Position numbers and translations under genes: made by a program. Below are positions 63,535 to 64,000 of a stretch of 64,000 nt of DNA, piece after piece. Every line of letters begins with the position of its first letter. Positions within the stretch are counted from its first letter, which is position 1. The notes under the pieces were generated by a model. The model was not told the DNA's origin. It did no database searches and saw nothing but the letters and a program-made list of their open reading frames with translations. The DNA is taken from positions 420,368-484,367 of the forward strand of contig CP060233.1 of assembly GCA_023898665.1 (NCBI GenBank), in the 5' to 3' direction. The stretch is from Candidatus Nomurabacteria bacterium (lineage in GTDB: Bacteria; Patescibacteriota; Saccharimonadia; Saccharimonadales; HK-STAS-PATE-42).

Positions 63535-63543
63535 ATTATAGCA
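63535..63543 (-). promoter_or_regulatory. extended -10 promoter TGCTATAAT for rplA
   Basis: Minus strand reads TGCTATAAT 5 nt after the stop of ORF 63548..63826. It is followed by an ~85-nt leader with a GATTAGA/TCTAATC hairpin nested in a GTGG/CCAC helix. Confidence 0.5.
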
Positions 63544-63547
63544 GATA

Positions 63548-63826
63548 CTACTTGCTTTTTGTATCTGTAGATTCAAGCTGCTTTGTAGCCAGTGAGAATC
63601 CCCAGCAAGCACAAAAGACAGCAGTCCTAACCAATGCTTGAGCAGGAGTAACGGCTTCGCCGAATATTGATATTGTAAGAAAGTCGTTCTCTTTTATCCT
63701 AGAAACAGTATCGCCTACACTGCGTATAAGCTCATCAGGCAATGTTTGCGCAAGATCTACTGGCCCCCTAAGAGCTCTTTCAGCGTTACTGCTAAGGGAG
63801 CCAAGCGCACTTTTTATGTCTTCCAT
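63548..63826 (-). CDS. hypothetical protein inserted between rplK and rplA (GC-elevated)
   Basis: 92-aa ORF whose ATG lies 7 nt after the rplK stop, with a C-terminal hydrophobic segment. Hand count of 63601-63660 gives 53% GC. Confidence 0.4.
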   Translation of the reverse strand: MEDIKSALGSLSSNAERALRGPVDLAQTLPDELIRSVGDTVSRIKENDFLTISIFGEAVTPAQALVRTAVFCACWGFSLATKQLESTDTKSK

Positions 63827-63832
63827 GGAGCT

Positions 63833-64000
63833 CTAGTCTTCTACTTCGACGCCCATTGAGCGAGCAGTCCCGGCAACTTGCTTTTTAACCGCTTCAACAT
63901 CGTTTCCGTTTGTAAACTTAAGTTTAGCTTCGGCAATTTCTGTTAGTTGAGCTTGGGTTAGCTTTCCTACTTTTTCCATGTGTGGCTTTCCTGAACCTTT
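63833..64000 (-). CDS. rplK: 50S ribosomal protein L11, C-terminal part (gene runs off the window end)
   Basis: Reverse translation gives ...[52 protein letters not shown], matching the L11 C-terminal domain. Confidence 0.85.
   Translation of the reverse strand, partial: KGSGKPHMEKVGKLTQAQLTEIAEAKLKFTNGNDVEAVKKQVAGTARSMGVEVED

Overview
AT-rich, very compact bacterial chromosome segment. Hand-counted background windows are about 32% GC. About 65 protein genes are tightly packed, and convergent genes often overlap at their stop codons. The content is mostly housekeeping. DNA repair and recombination: uvrA, uvrD/pcrA, recG, recR, ruvB, ruvC, sbcB, rmuC and a Y-family polymerase. Translation: tyrS, trmD, rlmH, rpsP, rplA, rplK, nusA, yidC and ybaB. 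Metabolism: split transketolase, class II FBA and tdk. RNA genes are tRNA-His, tRNA-Pro and tRNA-Trp (all with encoded CCA) and a tmRNA. Many small exported or membrane hypothetical proteins, extended ribosomal proteins and a minimal metabolic repertoire suggest a reduced Patescibacteria/CPR-like (possibly Saccharibacteria-like) genome; this is inference only. Most promoters I can read are extended -10 boxes (TGnTAnAAT) 7-10 nt from the start codon, which implies leaderless mRNAs. Points worth a second look: (1) a GC-elevated island next to tRNA-Trp, bracketed by two paralogous ~88-aa genes whose long leaders share a 19-nt box; in one copy the box can base-pair with the SD and start region. 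(2) A cell-envelope glycan locus (33.9-41.8 kb) in which uppS and a GT4 transferase are each broken by two frameshifts, and which contains a GC-elevated PyrH-like kinase. (3) A Cys-rich ORF interrupted by one in-frame TAG. (4) A TyrRS whose HIGH motif reads TVGN. (5) A LemA-TPM module extended by two tandem papain-like Cys/His paralogs. (6) A LexA DNA-binding domain without its peptidase, next to ruvC. (7) A GC-elevated ORF inserted between rplK and rplA. No CRISPR array, transposase, integrase or rRNA was seen.
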